IMG/VR virus record: IMGVR_UViG_3300028591_000183
Location: 10,239-74,238 of that record
DNA length: 64,000 bases
Strand: one strand, 5' to 3'
DNA from: a virus
Lineage: Duplodnaviria; Caudoviricetes
The notes below the pieces were generated by a model. It ran no database searches, had not been told where the DNA came from, and was given only the letters and a program-made list of their open reading frames with translations. A program made the translations under genes and the position numbers. Shown here piece by piece: positions 42,101 to 51,878 of the stretch (within the stretch, counting starts at the first letter, position 1; every line of letters begins with the position of its first letter).

Positions 42101-44641
42101 TAACAGGGGTGTATATTATCTAAAATCACGTATTTCAATATAATGGTTAACCCAATAACCGTTTATATTTTGGGCTTTTTGTGGGTCTTCAATTGCCCTG
42201 TATCCCAACATAAAAAGCCCTTTTAATACACCCCGTTGGTATGTATCCCAATGGTTGTATTTATCCATATCGCCCGCCAAAATAGCATTTTTTATTCTAC
42301 TTTCAATGGTATTAAGTTCGTTTAATATAGATTTTTCTCTTGTCATATAAAGCCCTCCATTAAATCATTGTTTTTAGTAGGTATACCCCCTACGGAGGTA
42401 TAGAAAACCCTGCTAAACTGTGATATTTAGCAGGGTTAAAAGTTTAAGCATAGATAAACCAATTTTCATTCACCCACTTTAAAGCACTTTTTATAGTGCT
42501 AAAAGTTGCGCTTGTTGGGATATCATTTACAAATAGTCCGTACTTTTGCCCCCGTTCAAATTGATTTTTGCGGGGTATTCTGTTAACTACTTCAAAGTTT
42601 ATCCCGTGAATGTTTACAACCCTATTCATATAAAGCCCTCCATTTTTTAAATCATTAAAATTGTGATATACCCTGTGAGGATACACCCCCACAGAAAAAC
42701 CGCCCAAAATCCGTGAAAATTTAAAGCGGTAAACCCTGCCACAAAAATAGAAATAAGTTAACAGGGGCGAAAAGTCCCGTGTAAACCTGCATAAAATAGC
42801 AGGGTTAAAACCTGCCACAGTAAAAACCCGCTTAAACTATGACATTTAAGCGGGTTAAGATATTAAATATATGGGTTGTAAGCATCATTTATATAATAAG
42901 ACGACTTAAAACTCATGGATACATTAAGAACGTTGGCGGGTATATCCTTCCCGTTGTTTACTTCCAATTTGTCCCACTCTTTTTTATTAAGGGACTCAAA
43001 ACCATATAAAGCCCTAAAATCATTTATATGATTTTGTGTAGTGGGGCTGTAACTATCCCAAAATCTTATAAATTCACCGTCGCAAGTTACGGCGCAAACT
43101 ATAGTATTATAGCTTTTTAAATACTTTACCCCGTCGGACTCTATAACCTTGGCTTTACCATAATAAGACTTGTTACGACTTACAACGGGCTTTAAAATTG
43201 ATACATTCATTTTGTTAACCTCCATTTTAAAAAATCATTGTTATTAGTTGTCTATATCCCTATGGGATATATAAAACCCTGTAAAGCTGTGACACTTTAC
43301 AGGGCTATTTTTATTTTGTATATATATTCAATTTGCCTGTGTGGCTTGTACTAACTAAATCGATGTTTTTATTAAGAACGTCGGCAGGAACTTGTACCCA
43401 ATGGGTATATTCTATCCAATTATCTGTAATTTGGCGGGGGTTAATTTCACCCCGTAACATGTTTATGTCATGAGATATTAAAAGCCCGTCGGCTTTTTTA
43501 ACTAATATTTCTATTTTTGTGGCGTTACATACATTTAAAAGACTTTTTACTTTCATTGTCTTAACCTCCATTAAATCATTGTTTACTTGTTAAGCCCTGC
43601 ATAGCAGGAAAAAAGCGGGTAAACTGTGACATTTACCCGCCTTACATAGATATTAAATTTTTGTACCCTGTAAAACACCCTTGTTTTCTATCTCTTGGAT
43701 GATATCGAGTAAATCGGTGTTTTCGTCGGTGTATTCATTTAATAATGCAATTACATTATAGTTATCAATCATTTTTAAGCCCTCCATAATATCATTGTTT
43801 GCATGGTTTAATAGTTTACATACGGTGTATTAAGTAACCACTTAACGCCGTTGTAATTGTCTTTTTTTGTAAACATTGAAAAAAGTTTTTTAAGCATTCT
43901 TTAAACCTCCATTTTTTTAGTTCGTTGTCATTGGTTAACCCTGCGTTTTAGCAGGTAAAAAGCGGTTTAAGCTGTGATACTTAAACCGCCTGCAATTACT
44001 TGTTATTGTTTTCGTGATACTTAACAATGTTTTCGCACTCGCCAAGTTCTCCGCAAAAATGCCCTGTGAAGGTATACACAGGACTATAAAAACAATCTGT
44101 ACCACTACCCAAACAAATTAGTGTAGCTTTATAACGGGGGTTGCCGTTATAGTCATTCTTTAACCCTTCAAGAGTGACAATATACTCGCCGTTAACGCCT
44201 GTTATTTTGTAGCTACTTACATTGTTTTTTCTTCTTGTCATTGTTTTGACCTCCATTTATAAATCATTGTTTTTTAGTATCCTCTTTTAATAACCGTTCT
44301 GCCCCGTGCTATAGCCCGACAAGGACAAAACGTAGTTTAAAAGATAAAACCCCGTTAAGCTGTGATACTTAACAGGGTTGTTTTTAGGCTTCAATATAAA
44401 ATTTTGTATATTTGCCAAGTTCGTTGTACTGACAATTATAATACTCAAAATTGTTTAAAAACTTGTCAAACTGTAAATTATCCTCATTGTCACGGAAAAC
44501 TATAAAGCCCCAAGGGCTTAAGGGGTTCGCTTTAACAGGACAAAACCCAACGGATACACCGTTATTAAACGCCTTGCGGGCTGTGGTTTTGTTTACCCTC
44601 TTATAATTGATGCCTTCAATTTTAATAAGTTCGTTATTCAT
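36115..44641 (-). CDS. About 17 small hypothetical genes separated by the hairpins (36115-36798, 36873-37379, 37895-38152, 38226-38984, 39063-39731, 40870-41553, 41646-42038, 42116-42346, 42444-42629, 42863-43210, 43311-43556, 43996-44241, 44384-44641 and smaller)
   Basis: Mostly one ORF per hairpin interval, each with ATGGAGG(T)/AAGGAGG RBS; putative early or host-takeover genes (inference). Confidence 0.7.
37454..37819 (-). CDS. DUF4313-like protein
   Basis: LAIQL...EEPFATLTVCL...YLDSNNCP...LGKPTG...SGYCTY. Confidence 0.65.
   Translation of the reverse strand: MEVNLYGEVFKITRIELNRYTADNTLAIQLYSFCPDYGGFEEPFATLTVCLNVQREDFENDDDYEDYLKNNRSYLDSNNCPWGADFVKKYELGKPTGYYQTSGYCTYDLYEWDLDKLKQYE
39824..40759 (-). 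CDS. DUF932 / TIGR03299 family phage protein
   Basis: MSANVETMF..RQTPWHGMG...AGLNWKV...RVVCQNTL. Confidence 0.9.
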   Translation of the reverse strand: MSANVETMFFAGRQTPWHGMGTQVENAPTSEDAIIYAGLNWKVLQKRLITEDAVVVPDNYANVRSSDGKVLGVVGKRYQIVQNIDAFKFTDSLLGEGVTYETAGSLNDGKTIWLLAKMPDKYTILGDKVDPYICFTNTHDGSGAVKVAMTPVRVVCQNTLNMALKSAKRTWSARHVGSIDAKLREAEQTLQFAHEYMQAVNDTFEDLYKIKLSDFEVRSILNKVVPIDEDMGKSQQENNKTIRDDILYRFKNAPDLRELEYTGARLVQAVADTTSHIEPFRKTKNYNENRFKNTLAGNDLLDNTMRMLLPA

Positions 44642-45319
44642 AAATTAACCTCCATTTTTAAATCATTGTTTTCAGTTCCTGCTGTAGCAGGTAAAACAGG
44701 GGGCGACGTTTGACCGTCACAAGTTGTCAGTATGATGTAATATAACCCCCCTACGATTCACAAAGTATGTAAAAAGTACGGTTTAAAAACCGTCAAAAGT
44801 TCGATAAATTGGAGTTTAAATGGAGTTTTTAACAGGTCTGTTTTTACGATTCATCGTTATAGTTAACCGCCCGATATAAAACCGCCAAGTTTTAAGCCAA
44901 GTTTTAAAGGCTTCAATAAAGAAGCGGGTTAACAAGGTACACAAAATAGGTTTACTAATTTTAAGACCCTATAAACCTATCTTTTTAATGTTGCGTTCAT
45001 GGGGCTATTTGTCCCACGTTTACTCACGGATAAAGCCGATATAATCGGCGAGTAAATGCCTTTTTTTGCGACGGTCTGCACGTTCTAAGACCTGTAGCAT
45101 AAACGGTTAATTATCGAGGTTTTGAATGGCTTAAGACTTCAATCCCTTGTTTTTGCCGTTAAGCCCCTGCGGGCTTTTTATACTCCATTAACTACGCTTT
45201 TGGAGTGTCGGGGCGGTAACTTTTTCGCCCCCGTTGAAGCTGTGCTAACTGCCGACGGGCTTCAATCCATATAAACGGCTTGCGCCGTGGGTCGTATTGA
45301 TTAACTACGACTTAACACC

Positions 45320-45348
45320 ATACTACGTATGGGGTAAAACCTTGTCAA
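45320..45348 (-). promoter_or_regulatory. Sigma-A-type promoter for the leftward block
   Basis: Minus strand TTGACA-17 nt-TAGTAT. Confidence 0.6.
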
Positions 45349-45783
45349 GCGGTTTATTGTTTTATAACAAATTATTTAGCACGTATTTAATAACTACATA
45401 ATTTATTTATAAAACTTTATACATTATATATTGCATTTTATAGAATGTAAAGTATTGGTTAACTATTAGTTTATAATGTTTATAAATAGTTAATCATTAT
45501 AAACAAATTATCGCCGTTTTAGTGTACTATTTATTGGACTCAATCCGATAAATTATCGTCAATCCTAGTATTTATGCAGGGTTGCGGGTGTTTTTAAAAT
45601 ACGCAATGTTTTTAGATATTTATTAACTACATATAAAATCATGTTTATATTTTGTTTATTTTTGAGGTGTTTTTAGGGGTTACAAAATACGTAAAACCCT
45701 TTATTTATGCAGGTTATACGTGTTATAATTATTTTATAAATTAAGTGATTTTACCCTGTTTTTGGGCTATTTTTTGGGATTTT

Positions 45784-46156
45784 TTGACCGTTAAGGTCAA
45801 AATAGACAACCCGCAACCGTAGCATTTATGCGGGTTGTAAGAACGTGTTAAAATTTACCCCCTAATTTCAATTTTTTGATAGTTAACCAATATAATTATC
45901 ATTTAAGGGGTAAAATTGAATTTAGGGGCAAAGAAAACGCTTTCCTTGGCTATAACGATTTTTCGTTTATGTCAACGTATAAACTTTTTATAAACTCATT
46001 TTTACAGATAAAGCCATATAAAACAGGATACGAAACAAGGTTTTGATATATCCTCACATCATGACATAGTATTTAAAACTACGTACAAAAATTGACCTGC
46101 GGTCAAAAAAGAAATTGACCTACGGTCACAGGGTCAAAAAATGACGGGAGGTCAAT
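45784..46156. repeat. TGACC-N3/5-GGTCA inverted repeats
   Basis: 45784-45800, 46092-46106, 46115-46129, degenerate 46141-46156. Confidence 0.65.
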
Positions 46157-46606
46157 AATCAAAAAATTGATTGTAAGCATGAAATATTGATTTAAAACAA
46201 GTTTGTGGCTTTATCTGTATAACAGGAACTAAACAACCCCGCCAAAACTCCGATAAATGCAGGGCTTAACAGTACAACTCATTTAAAGCCCGTTTTAGGC
46301 GTTTTTAGCAGGGTAGTAATATAAGAGTTTAATAAAGGGGGTATAAACTCAAATAAACCCCTTTAAATGCTAAATAAAGGGTATTTAATCAATATGAGTA
46401 TTTAAGCGGGTTTTGAGTCCCTGTATAGCTTCAAATATAGGTAAATGCAGGGCTTAAACGGGACTATTTAAAGCTAAATAAGACACGGGAACGGATAAAG
46501 ACCCGTTTACAGGCATTTAAACCCCTGTAAAGCTGTAAAGAGTAGTTTAAAGCCCGATTGAGTACAATAAAACGGATTTAATTATTATTGATTATTAAGG
46601 GCTATT

Positions 46607-46863
46607 TAAGGGACTTGTTAAGAGTCCTTTTTTTGTGGGTAGTTTATAGGACTCATTAAACAAGTACAATAAACGGGACAATATAAACAAGGGTGTTTTA
46701 TGGGACTTATTAAACAAGTCTAAATTATGGGACTTATTCAATGAGGTCAATTTATGGGACTTGATTGTGATTTTAATTGAGTCCGTTTTATGGGTCATTC
46801 TGTAAATTAAGGGTAATAAATGGGACTTAATCACGGGGTAATTGAGGGCGGTTTATGGGACTT
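46607..46863 (+). repeat. Iteron-like direct repeats ATGGGACTT
   Basis: Exact copies at 46700, 46727, 46754, 46820, 46855; variants at 46607, 46646, 46673, 46788. Confidence 0.8.
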
Positions 46864-47378
46864 GATTTAGGGCGGGTTAAAAAGGAAAAAGCAACCCCTG
46901 TAAATACCATTGTTTATAAAAAATAGGGGCTTGAACTGCCCTATTTATGCGGGCTTCGGGATTTTGAATTTTTAAAACCCGCATGTTTACAGGGCTTGCA
47001 GGTTGTCTGTTACGTATTGCGTAAAATGTGGATTATACGCAACTACAATATATTGTGGTTAATATGCCTGTGATATACAATCCCTAGTACGGGGGTTTAT
47101 CCCTGCCCCCGCTTGCGCCCCCTAACCCCCTCGACCTCCCGAAAAACCAAAAAGCTCCATTAACGGAATTACGACAACCCTCAAAATACCTTCAACCCCG
47201 CATGGTTAGTGGACTTCGGAGATTTCACTCAAAATAAAGGGTGTCAAAAATCTCGGGGAAATATAAAAAGGGTCAAGATATGATAGACGGGATTACGATA
47301 ACTTCAAAGGTGTTGGCATTATTTAATCAATATGGTAGTATTGAGAAAAATAATAGTTAATCCAATGGAGGAAAAGAG

Positions 47379-47681
47379 ATGAAAGCGAAGAAAGTACCGA
47401 GTGATAAGTGGGAGATAGAGGTGTATGTAGGGACAGAGGATGGAGAGAAGAAGTATGAGAGGATAGAGGGGGATAGTGAAGAAGATGTAAAAGCGAAAGC
47501 GAAAGCGTTCAGAAGGAAGAGGATGTTGGACAGACAGAATAAGTGGCAGGGGGAGAATAAGGAGAGGTTGAGTATTGTGTTTGATAAAGGGACGAAGGAG
47601 AGGATAAGTGGGAGTGGAATGACGGTGAATAGCTTCATAAGAACGGCTGTAGAGAACGAGCTAAACAAACGAGGGCTTTAA
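47379..47681 (+). CDS. DNA-binding protein: integrase arm-binding-like N-terminus + ribbon-helix-helix-like C-terminus
   Basis: MKAKKVPSDKWEIEVYVG..DGEKKY; ERLSIVFDKGTKERI...TVNSFIRTAVENEL. Confidence 0.5.
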   Translation: MKAKKVPSDKWEIEVYVGTEDGEKKYERIEGDSEEDVKAKAKAFRRKRMLDRQNKWQGENKERLSIVFDKGTKERISGSGMTVNSFIRTAVENELNKRGL

Positions 47682-48010
47682 AGGGGTCTATTTTGGATTT
47701 TTAGATAGCGAATGATAAAATATACCTCAAAAGGATAAAAATTGAAATTAGACCCCTTACAGCGACGAAAAAGGGCATCCTAGACTCACAGAGTTTATCA
47801 AACTTTAACAGAGGGAGATAGGCTAGTGAGAACGGGATGCCCTTGTTGACGTTATTGCGTAAATTCAGAGAAACACCTATAAACCGCATGGTTGACAGCA
47901 AAAGTGACAATCTAATAAAAAGTGAGGTATCAAAAATCTCGGGGAAATACAAAAAGGAATTTTTTAGGTATGACGGAATTGTGATAACTATAGTCGAAAA
48001 GAAGGTGAAA

Positions 48011-48135
48011 GTTACAGAAGCGTTACACAATGTTACATTGTAACACCTGTGTAACTTTGCGTAACACATATACATATATATATACAGATACAGAAGTAGA
48101 TTAATATACAGAGAGAAGAAAAGAGAAAAGATAAA
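48011..48135. promoter_or_regulatory. Candidate replication origin: phased GTTAC x3 / GTAAC x3 plus AT-rich tract
   Basis: GTTAC at 48011, 48022, 48032; GTAAC at 48040, 48051, 48061; GTAACACATATACA shared with 19571 inside the initiator gene. Confidence 0.5.
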
Positions 48136-48386
48136 AAGAGAAAGCCCGTGTTACACACGGTCTGTAATTTATTTATCAAAAATAAACTAAAGTTCTTGAA
48201 ACGTGAACTTTGTAGTGATACAATTTCTCTTGTGGGGGAAATGTATGTGGATTGTAAAGAGAGAACAGCTTTATAAGTGGCGTGGATATGAAGAATGGAG
48301 AGAGGAACGGACTTGTAGTAAGTGTGGGTTTGTAACCGAGGAAGACTATAACTACTGTCCGAAGTGTGGCGAGTATGGACATGGTG

Positions 48387-48605
48387 ATGAAACCGCAGGA
48401 CAAGAAGCTGTTGGAATACATAAAGGGATTCATGCTTGAAAATAACTATCCTCCGACAATGGATGATATGGTGGCAGGAATGGGCGCAAAAAGTAAAAGT
48501 ACAGTATACGTACACTATATGCGACTAATCGGGCTTGGCTATATCGAACAGTTTGGACGTACAAGGTACAGAGTAAAGGGGATGAAATACATTGAGGTGT
48601 CCTAA
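48387..48605 (+). CDS. LexA DNA-binding-domain-like protein
   Basis: LLEYIKGFMLENNYPPTMDDM..GMG.KSKSTVYVH...L..LGYI. Confidence 0.75.
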   Translation: MKPQDKKLLEYIKGFMLENNYPPTMDDMVAGMGAKSKSTVYVHYMRLIGLGYIEQFGRTRYRVKGMKYIEVS

Positions 48606-48694
48606 GTGCGGTCAATGGAGAGCGGTGAGGACTAATTTTCGGGTAGATGGCGGTGTTTTGTGTAAGTGTTTAAATTGCGGGAGATGTTTTACGG

Positions 48695-50690
48695 ATGACA
48701 GACGTAGAAAAGACCTTAGAGATATTAAACGGCATGGCAGAGATGGCAAAGGCTGACAGGTTAAATCAGCTTAAAATGGGTGCTGTGATGCAGAAAGAGC
48801 TGTATGACTCTTATATTGGCGCAGGATTTAGTAGTTCAGAAGCATTGGAACTTACAAAGGCTTTTGTGGTTACTGCGCTTATGAAAGTACCGAGGTGAGT
48901 ATGATAAAAGTTTTGGAGCTTGTCTTGTGGATTTTGGCAGGGTGTTTGGTCTTGGTTAGACATTCAAAGCCATCGAAAATCGAATACCTGTTGGTTTGGG
49001 TCTGTTTACTTCTCAGCCTTGCCATGAGGATAAAATCGTGAGAGAAAAAGAAATCTTGGAGTATGCGGACAGTTTAAGCCGTGAGTATTATGGACTTCCC
49101 TTAGTGGTAGTCTATAACGGGGATGGAAAGATTTTATCTCTTGTGAGAGAAGTTTTGGAGGAATACGAGATTTCTAGTGACTTCATACCTCACAGGATGT
49201 GCGTAACGGATTACTGTAAAAAGGCTTTCGGGCTTAAAGGGAATGTAAAAGAGAATGATTTGTTCTTTGACTTTGAGCATACCAAAGAGGTCTTTGATGA
49301 AGCTGTAGGGGACGATGTTTTGGATTGCTTTATCGTAACGGGAGTCAGAAACAGGATGAATGTGATGGTGAATCCTTATGGCAGATGAACTGTATTTTGG
49401 AGATGCCGATGGAAACATAATCGGGAAACTTGGAAGTATAAGTGAAGTAGAGCTTACTTCGGATGATTATGACGATAAAACGCTTTTGGGTTCTACAGAG
49501 ATGACATTTGAGGGTAGATTTACTGCTGACCCAACGAGAGCATTTCTTCCGCAGGGGCTATACAACGGATATGTTTTAAAACGGGATGGTTATTTGAGTC
49601 CTAAGAACGGATGGATATGATGAAAAAGATTAGGTTTTACAAAAGGCTTTTAACTGAGGTTATTGAAACTCTGATAACGATTTGTATGGTACTTTCGAGG
49701 GATACGAGAGGAACTTACGGGAGCAGGTATAGGAATATTCTTGAGGGTCACATAAATGAGCTTGGAAAATATTCTCACACACTAAGAGCAGATGGCAAAA
49801 AAGATTCTGTATAAGGTCACAGCATATCATTGTCCTAGATGTGGTGGTGTGACTAAACCAACAAAGAAATACTGCGATTACTGTAGCCGTGACCTTAATA
49901 TCCGCAGGGAAAAACATAATTGCATTGCGAGAATGTTGATTGATTGCGGTGAATACGTATTCTTTGACGAGATAAAGCAGATAGAAACCTTTCAGACTCC
50001 ATCGATTGATTGTACAACGCTAGAAGATAGCAGGAGAATTTGTATCAAGGGTGCTGTAACGGATAATAAAATATCCGTGGTGATGGATACTAATACTGAC
50101 AGGAGCAGAGAACTTTTAAGTTTAGCTTATAACGGTATCCATAAAGTCCGATTTGAACTACTTGGAGCTGATTTAGGTTTTGAACAGGAGTGTTATATAT
50201 CCGATATTCAGAACGATGTGTATAGTCCAAGGGCTAGGTTGGAGCAGAAAATTAACTTTGTCGGTATAGGTGAGATGAAACAAGGTGGTGCAATACCGCA
50301 GGAAGTTTTAGCTGAATTTAGATGCCCTAACTGTGGCGCACCGATATTATCCCGATACGGGGCGTGTGATTATTGTTCGGGATGGAGCGAAATTTTATGG
50401 TAATCTGTGAAGAAATGCAAAAGCTGAGAGATTGGCTTGATGATGAAGGTATTGAGTGGTATGACGACTCGGATGAATTAGAAATGTTTTGGATGGTTAG
50501 AACTAAATTCGCCGTAAATAGCACTACGTTTTCTGTAATCAATGGAGTTGGCTCATACGGGGGATGTATGTTTGGGAATAGTGATAACCAAGGACTCTTG
50601 GAATGCATGATTGACAGGAACGAACCCTATGGGTATTTAACCGCAGAGGATGTAGAAGAATTTATTGAGAAGGTAAGACACAGGGGATGA
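48695..50690 (+). CDS. Cluster of small hypothetical proteins, some with CxxC zinc ribbons
   Basis: ORF track (48695-48898, 48996-49388, 49378-49620, 49611-49814, 49792-50403, 50397-50690). Confidence 0.65.
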
Positions 50691-50859
50691 AACATTGTAA
50701 GAACTGTGAATACTGTGAACTTGACTTAGTATCTCACTATATCACGGGAATTAAGGTTCACAGATGTTTACTAACGGGGAGTGTAATAACAGAACCATTT
50801 TGGAATAAATGTGATAAGTATACACGTAAGTATACAAAAGACAGGAATTTCATAAAACT

Positions 50860-51086
50860 TCGGTGATTACGCAAAAGCGTTTCACATAAAGTGGGTTACT
50901 TGGCGGTAATCTTAGCGGTGATAACAGGCATATCACCGTAGGGTAATGTCAATATCAACCAAAGCCTAACTATAGTACGGGTGATAAGGAGAGAGTCAAA
51001 CCTTAAGGAGTTTAAGGCGTGGAAAGAGAAGCACGATATAAACACTCCTACGAACTAGGAGAAAAGAAGTGGCTCAAAGACATTGA
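50860..51086 (+). ncRNA. Unidentified multi-stem structured RNA
   Basis: GATTAC/GTAATC, CGGTGATA/TATCACCG, AATGTC/GACATT, GAGTC/GGCTC enclosing three hairpins; no ORF. Confidence 0.45.
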
Positions 51087-51177
51087 TAGTGTGTGCAGTT
51101 GTGGCAACAGGCAAATAGGTTAAGATGGAGAACTATTTCTATTTACTTCTCTAGGGGTTCGATTCCCCCACACATTA
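51087..51177 (+). ncRNA. tRNA-like element (possibly Leu-UAA-derived) with unpaired anticodon arm
   Basis: TAGTGTGTG/CACACATTA acceptor-like stem abutting a GGGG-TTCGATT-CCCC T arm. Confidence 0.45.
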
Positions 51178-51284
51178 TTTAGGGATGAAAGATACATACA
51201 GCAATTATTTGCAGAGGACTTTTAACCCTTTTTTGTATCTTGTAGGATGGTTTTAACTGTCCTATCCCCTCTTTAGGAGATGGT

Positions 51285-51800
51285 ATGAAGTTAGAAGATG
51301 TAATGAAACCTAGTAATACGGATGAATGGAAAACGCATAAGCAAACTGTAGAGCTTATAGTACCTTATCTAATCAAGAATGGATATAAAAGAATACTTTG
51401 TCCGTTTGATAGAGAAGATAGTAATTTCGTTATAATTCTACGACAGCATGGTTTAGATGTTACATGTAGCCATATTGCAACAGGAACAGATTTTTTTGAT
51501 ATAGAAAATTTAAGTGATTATGATGCAGTAGTAAGCAATCCTCCATTCAGCAAAAGACAAGAGGTACTATATAGACTATTTGAAGCAGATGTGCCATTTG
51601 CGATAATCGTAAATTCTATTGGATTGTTTGACAGCAAAGGGAGGTATGAACTTTTCAAGAATAATGAGTTTGAATTGTTAATACCGAATGGAAGGATAAA
51701 GTTTTTTAACGACAATATGATTGGCAAATCTCCTAACTTTCAATCTATATTCGTCTGCAAAAAGATGGCTACAAGACAAATTGAATTTATAGGGATTTAA
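51285..51800 (+). CDS. Small phage N6-adenine methyltransferase
   Basis: DEWKT, ILCPFD, DFF, VVSNPPFS, GRIKF. Confidence 0.8.
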   Translation: MKLEDVMKPSNTDEWKTHKQTVELIVPYLIKNGYKRILCPFDREDSNFVIILRQHGLDVTCSHIATGTDFFDIENLSDYDAVVSNPPFSKRQEVLYRLFEADVPFAIIVNSIGLFDSKGRYELFKNNEFELLIPNGRIKFFNDNMIGKSPNFQSIFVCKKMATRQIEFIGI

Positions 51801-51805
51801 TTCTT

Positions 51806-51876
51806 AGGGCTATAGCGTATTGGTAGCGCAACGGACTTTGACTCCGTATGAGAGTGTTCGACTCACTCTAGTCCTG
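51806..51876 (+). tRNA. trnQ: tRNA-Gln(TTG)
   Basis: Full cloverleaf: AGGGCTA/TAGTCCT, GCGT/GCGC D stem, ACGGA-CTTTGAC-TCCGT, GAGTG-TTCGACT-CACTC; no encoded CCA. Confidence 0.92.
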
Positions 51877-51878
51877 CT

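Larger units (their letters stand above)
36078..44379 (-). repeat. Array of 16 intergenic hairpins with conserved 8-nt loop (plus strand CTGTGACA x9, CTGTGATA x5, CTGTGACC, CTATGACA)
   Basis: Hairpins at 36078, 36836, 37421, 37861, 38190, 39028, 39785, 40833, 41609, 42079, 42406, 42825, 43277, 43615, 43962, 44348; 9-13 bp stems of unrelated sequence. Confidence 0.92.

Noticed and set aside
37454-44256. N-terminal MEVK../MNGG.. extensions in the ORF track
   Set aside because: They arise from the ATGGAGG RBS being in frame; true starts are the next ATG
36090-44367. CTGTGACA as KOPS-like FtsK motif or CRP half-site
   Set aside because: The FtsK has no evident gamma domain, and the strand-specific G-U pattern points to folded RNA rather than dsDNA recognition
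36078-44379. Canonical integron attC cassette array
   Set aside because: No RYYYAAC/GTTRRRY boxes; the loop is conserved rather than the ends; the recombinase lacks an evident IntI-specific insertion. A non-canonical cassette role is kept only as a hypothesis
47701-48515. Minus-strand ORFs 47701-48075, 48033-48515 and plus ORF 47837-48043
   Set aside because: No convincing RBS; they overlap repeat and origin-like DNA and have atypical composition
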